Assembly: GCF_006345805.1 (NCBI RefSeq)
Contig: NC_043001.1
Location: 44,144,001-44,208,000 of the forward strand
Length of the DNA stretch: 64,000 nucleotides
Direction: 5' to 3'
From: Octopus sinensis
Taxonomy: Eukaryota
Shown piece by piece: positions 62,901 through 64,000 of this stretch; the stretch's first letter is position 1, and the number at the start of each line of letters is the position of its first letter. The position numbers and the translations under genes are program-made. The notes beneath the pieces are model-generated. The model had not been told where the DNA came from. It saw only the letters and a program-made list of their open reading frames with translations, and did not search any database.

Positions 62901-63952
62901 TGCTTGATATGTTTCTTTGTCAATTTATTCCAGGTGGTCAAACTTGCCTGTTACTTCATTAAAGCTAAATACTCCAACAATTATAACTCCAAATACAGGT
63001 ATACAACATGCTCTTGAACTGCTAAACAAAAACAGCTTTGATCAAGTACCAGTTGTTGATGAGGAAGGGTAAGTATATGGTGCAATGACATCCCTAATAT
63101 ATTAGGGATGTCTAATTATTTATCTATTACATTAGTGAGTCAGTCAGTCAGTCAGACTCAGACTTAACACTTGACCTATTCATTTCGATTTTTGCTACAT
63201 CCATTGTAGTCTTGACCTGTCCATTTTAAAAGTAGGCACACTTACTGTAGGATGGATTTTTGTGTCTTGACTGCATAACCCTGTTAATTTATAAGAGCTT
63301 CTTTGTAAAAAAAATTTCTTAATTATTCAAATAGTAGCAATTCAACATCCACACACAAAATGTTGTTTGTTTTTTTTTGTCTTGGAAATATTGTTAGCAT
63401 CATAGATGGGAACACTTTAAAGATAACTTAACAATATCTTAATATGACAATATTAGTTTACACTGTTTCATCAATAGTATATGAAACTGTACAAATCAGG
63501 CTTTGATTTATTTTATTTTTTTATTGTGTTTTAGTTGAAAATGCTCACTAATAGCTTTTTTAAAAAATATATCATTACATATAAGATGTAATTTCTAACA
63601 AACTAGATTTACTTTTACAAAGTTTTTTTTTTTTTACTCTTAGAAAAATACTTGGAATGGTAACTGTTGGAAGTATGATGTCAAACATCACACACAAAAA
63701 AGTGAAACTCTGTGACCCTGTTTCAAAAATATTGTATAATCAATACAAGCAGGTAAATTAGTTTTTGTTTATCATGAATGAAGTTTCAAATGACATCCAT
63801 CTGAATGATTTGTAATGTTATTTTGTTGTTATTACTATTATTATTATTATTATTTTTGCTGCTTTAGATGCCAACAAGTGCTACAGTTGGACAGTTATCT
63901 CATTTGCTTGACACAGACCAGTTTGTTCTCATTCTACATGATCAGCCACAAC
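14616..63952 (+). CDS. CBS: Cystathionine beta-synthase, 15 coding exons in window, 3'-incomplete (terminal exon beyond 64000)
   Basis: Manual splicing gives 1528 nt of open frame: [13 protein letters not shown] (heme), [23 protein letters not shown] (PLP Lys), [58 protein letters not shown]. All introns are GT-AG with matching phases. Confidence 0.97.
16853..20030 (+). mobile_element. Decayed RLE-type non-LTR retrotransposon, CRE-like: PHD remnant, RT, C-terminal restriction-like endonuclease
   Basis: [31 protein letters not shown] (YLDD), CRC..H..RH zinc-knuckle remnant, [28 protein letters not shown]; many frameshifts. Confidence 0.85.
20039..20468 (-). mobile_element. SINE family B with internal (TA)n/(CA)n
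   Basis: Reverse complement of copies at 38275 and 59513. Confidence 0.85.
20930..20973 (-). ncRNA. Minimal type-I hammerhead ribozyme motif (Penelope-associated type)
   Basis: Minus strand: GACAC-CUGAUGA-A-GGCUG(GAAGGUUU)CAGCC-GAAA-CG-UU^-GUGUU. Stem III is reduced to palindromic AACGUU, with one extra A after the core. Confidence 0.7.
21022..21143. repeat. (GTT)n microsatellite
   Basis: About 40 units, read directly. Confidence 0.98.
21313..21349 (+). ncRNA. Truncated hammerhead motif (cleavage site and stem I 3' strand deleted)
   Basis: GACAC-CTGATGA-A-GACGG..CAGCT-GAAA, then jumps to TGATGAGG; CGTTGTGTTAACAA is missing relative to the partner arm. Confidence 0.55.
21739..21965 (-). mobile_element. 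SINE family A with TSD
   Basis: ACCTCTTAACAACC at 21725-21738 and 21966-21979. Confidence 0.85.
23540..23921 (-). mobile_element. Non-autonomous Helitron-like element
   Basis: Minus strand: 5' TC.., 3' hairpin CCCGAGCAACGCCGGG then CTAG; A|T insertion site; same 3' end as the copy at 40037-40550. Confidence 0.75.
24903..25055 (+). CDS. CBS: CBS exon 2, heme-binding N-terminus ([35 protein letters not shown])
   Basis: ttcag acceptor, GT|gtaggt donor, 153 nt. Homologous to human WIRPDAPSRC52TW..SPH65. Cys codon 24997-24999, His codon 25039-25041. This frame is absent from the ORF track. Confidence 0.93.
26245..27595 (+). mobile_element. 5'-truncated decayed RTE LINE with 42-bp minisatellite in its 3' UTR
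   Basis: [32 protein letters not shown] motifs, then the shared terminal segment. Confidence 0.85.
27685..27776 (-). ncRNA. Type-I hammerhead-like motif with long stem II
   Basis: Minus strand: GGCUACCU-CUGAUGA-GCGC..(46 nt)..GUGU-GAAA-C(UGAUUC)G-UA^-AGAUCAGCC; stem I is interrupted. Confidence 0.5.
27814..27904 (+). ncRNA. Hammerhead-like motif with core mutation (GAAA to TAAA)
   Basis: CTGATGA at 27821-27827; GCAC..GCGT-TAAA-CC(GATT)GG-TA-AGATCAGCC. Confidence 0.4.
28289..28323 (+). ncRNA. Decayed minimal hammerhead-like motif
   Basis: GTTT-CTGAAGA-A-GAG(CTTTA)CTC-GAAA-C-A-TT-AAAC; one G to A change from GAAACGTT. Confidence 0.4.
28433..29683 (-). mobile_element. Non-autonomous Helitron-like element (1.25 kb)
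   Basis: Minus strand: 5' TCATACTATAATGGG.., subterminal hairpin and CTAG at 28433-28436, A|T site. Confidence 0.55.
30290..30669. mobile_element. Tc1/mariner-type MITE, 380 bp
   Basis: 26-bp TIRs CACT(AC/TG)CGTCAGAAATTAATTAGCAC (24/26), TA on both sides. Confidence 0.85.
31010..31057 (-). ncRNA. Type-I hammerhead ribozyme, copy 1
   Basis: Reverse complement AGGCCUG-CUGAUGA-AUAC(GUAA)GUAU-GAAA-UCA(CUG)UGA-UA^-CAGGUCU; all core nucleotides present. Confidence 0.85.
31486..31533 (-). ncRNA. Type-I hammerhead ribozyme, copy 2
   Basis: Identical 48 nt, +476. Confidence 0.85.
31962..32009 (-). ncRNA. Type-I hammerhead ribozyme, copy 3
   Basis: Identical 48 nt, +952. Confidence 0.85.
32604..32651 (+). 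ncRNA. Type-I hammerhead ribozyme, copy 4 (sense to CBS pre-mRNA)
   Basis: Stem I 32604-10/32645-51, core 32611-17, stem II 32618-29, GAAA 32630-33; predicted cleavage after A32644. Confidence 0.85.
33080..33127 (+). ncRNA. Type-I hammerhead ribozyme, copy 5 (sense to CBS pre-mRNA)
   Basis: Identical 48 nt; predicted cleavage after A33120. Confidence 0.85.
34590..35500 (+). mobile_element. 5'-truncated CR1/L2-group LINE RT fragment
   Basis: [40 protein letters not shown]; [25 protein letters not shown]-terminus. Confidence 0.9.
35825..35931 (+). CDS. CBS: CBS exon 3 ([35 protein letters not shown])
   Basis: gcag acceptor, gtaagt donor, 107 nt. Confidence 0.97.
38275..38675 (+). mobile_element. 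SINE family B
   Basis: GGTGCAGGAGTGGCTGTGTGGTAAG.. head; matches 20039-20468 and 59513-59886. Confidence 0.85.
38904..39739 (+). mobile_element. Internally deleted piggyBac element
   Basis: TTAA-CCCCTTGAC..GTCAAGGGG-TTAA; remnant of the Cys-rich C-terminus ([26 protein letters not shown]). Confidence 0.8.
40037..40550 (+). mobile_element. Non-autonomous Helitron-like element
   Basis: A|TCTATATATATA.. 5' end; CCCCAGCAACGCCGGG hairpin and CTAG|T 3' end. Confidence 0.8.
41324..41458 (+). CDS. CBS: CBS exon 4 with PLP lysine ([28 protein letters not shown])
   Basis: ttcag acceptor, gtcaga donor, 135 nt. Lys codon 41362-41364. Confidence 0.97.
43216..43295 (+). CDS. CBS: CBS exon 5 ([26 protein letters not shown])
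   Basis: tttag acceptor, gttagt donor, 80 nt. Confidence 0.97.
44122..44256 (+). CDS. CBS: CBS exon 6 ([21 protein letters not shown])
   Basis: gtag acceptor, gtaaat donor, 135 nt. Confidence 0.97.
45030..45325 (-). mobile_element. hAT (BED-type) transposase fragment
   Basis: [36 protein letters not shown] resembles the conserved hAT N-terminal segment. Confidence 0.6.
45385..46679 (-). mobile_element. Antisense RTE LINE RT fragment, interrupted by a family A SINE at 46015-46226
   Basis: [52 protein letters not shown]|KVLI..; contiguous across the SINE. Confidence 0.9.
46692..46761 (+). CDS. CBS: CBS exon 7 ([24 protein letters not shown])
   Basis: ttcag acceptor, gtaagt donor, 70 nt. Confidence 0.96.
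48702..48793 (+). CDS. CBS: CBS exon 8 ([30 protein letters not shown])
   Basis: ttcag acceptor, gtgagt donor, 92 nt. Contains the GTGGT phosphate loop and CxxC. Confidence 0.97.
49814..49939 (+). CDS. CBS: CBS exon 9 ([34 protein letters not shown])
   Basis: ctag acceptor, gtaagt donor, 126 nt. Confidence 0.97.
52074..52158 (+). CDS. CBS: CBS exon 10 ([29 protein letters not shown])
   Basis: ccag acceptor, gtaaga donor, 85 nt. Confidence 0.97.
53048..53159 (+). CDS. CBS: CBS exon 11 ([37 protein letters not shown])
   Basis: ctag acceptor, gtaagt donor, 112 nt. Confidence 0.97.
53935..57930 (-). mobile_element. 5'-truncated Penelope-like element: RT thumb, Asn-rich linker, Cys-rich motif, C-terminal GIY-YIG endonuclease, ~2-kb AT-rich 3' region with hammerhead
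   Basis: [23 protein letters not shown](frameshift)..[15 protein letters not shown]; [33 protein letters not shown]; [15 protein letters not shown] after frameshifts, ending ~56276. Confidence 0.88.
54165..54274 (-). ncRNA. Minimal type-I hammerhead with long stem II insert, Penelope 3' end
   Basis: UCU-CUGAAGA-GGC..(hairpin insert)..GCC-GAAA-CAGCUG-UC^-AGA; palindromic CAGCUG stem III; AATAAA at 54053-54058 (minus). Confidence 0.75.
58078..58300 (-). mobile_element. Solo RTE-type 3' end with (GAT)n tail
   Basis: Reverse complement of the terminal segment at 1440-1639. Confidence 0.75.
58320..58860 (-). mobile_element. Possible degenerate Penelope-type RT N-terminal fragment
   Basis: [21 protein letters not shown] weakly resembles the PLE RT motif RFYxLPKIHK..RPI..PT..IS. 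Confidence 0.35.
59186..59312 (+). ncRNA. Minimal type-I hammerhead with long stem II insert, inverted Penelope-type terminus (sense to CBS)
   Basis: AUCU-CUGAAGA-GGCC..(92 nt hairpin)..GGCU-GAAA-CAGCUG-UA^-AGAU; AATAAA at 59423-59428. Confidence 0.75.
59513..59886 (+). mobile_element. SINE family B
   Basis: Matches the other family B copies. Confidence 0.85.
61531..61608 (+). CDS. CBS: CBS exon 12 ([26 protein letters not shown])
   Basis: gtag acceptor, gttggt donor, 78 nt; phase fits exon 13. Confidence 0.94.
61744..62808 (-). mobile_element. Internally deleted piggyBac element with transposase N-terminal remnant
   Basis: TTAA-CCCTTTCGTTAC..GTAACGAAAGGG-TTAA; ..[39 protein letters not shown] (PGBD-type). 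Confidence 0.9.
62934..63068 (+). CDS. CBS: CBS exon 13, regulatory CBS domain 1 ([18 protein letters not shown])
   Basis: ccag acceptor, gtaagt donor, 135 nt. Confidence 0.96.
63644..63752 (+). CDS. CBS: CBS exon 14 ([36 protein letters not shown])
   Basis: ttag acceptor, gtaaat donor, 109 nt. Confidence 0.96.
63868..63952 (+). CDS. CBS: CBS exon 15 ([28 protein letters not shown])
   Basis: ttag acceptor, gtaagt donor, 85 nt; homologous to human ..[20 protein letters not shown]. Confidence 0.94.
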
Positions 63953-64000
63953 GTAAGTATGCATTAAGATTGAGTTGCGTCTTTTAAAATAGCCAAAATG

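Overview
AT-rich, repeat-dense animal genomic DNA. The SINE/LINE content looks like Octopus (inference from repeat families, not a database match). One host gene dominates: cystathionine beta-synthase (CBS) on the + strand, with a CCAAT/CCAAT/TATA promoter at ~14.5 kb and 15 coding exons (14616-63952, ~509 codons). I assembled these by hand with consistent GT-AG phases; the last exon lies beyond the window. Heme Cys/His, the PLP lysine, GTGGT, CxxC and the start of the CBS regulatory domains are all visible. Introns and flanks hold decayed transposons: hAT (one full-length with TIRs and an 8-bp TSD), piggyBac, a Tc1-like MITE, Helitron-like elements, RTE, CR1, a CRE-like RLE retroelement with a PHD-finger remnant, a Penelope-like element, and several SINE families. 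The most striking unannotated signal is about 12 type-I hammerhead ribozyme (HHR) motifs from several sequence families inside CBS introns, almost all in inverted pairs. The main one is a 476-bp tandem repeat in intron 2 (3.3 units on one strand, then ~2 inverted units). Each complete HHR region carries an identical 48-nt hammerhead, giving a retrozyme-like array folded into a ~0.94-kb hairpin. Two of these ribozymes are sense to the CBS pre-mRNA, exactly one monomer apart. Ribozyme calls come from manual base-pairing; activity is untested.
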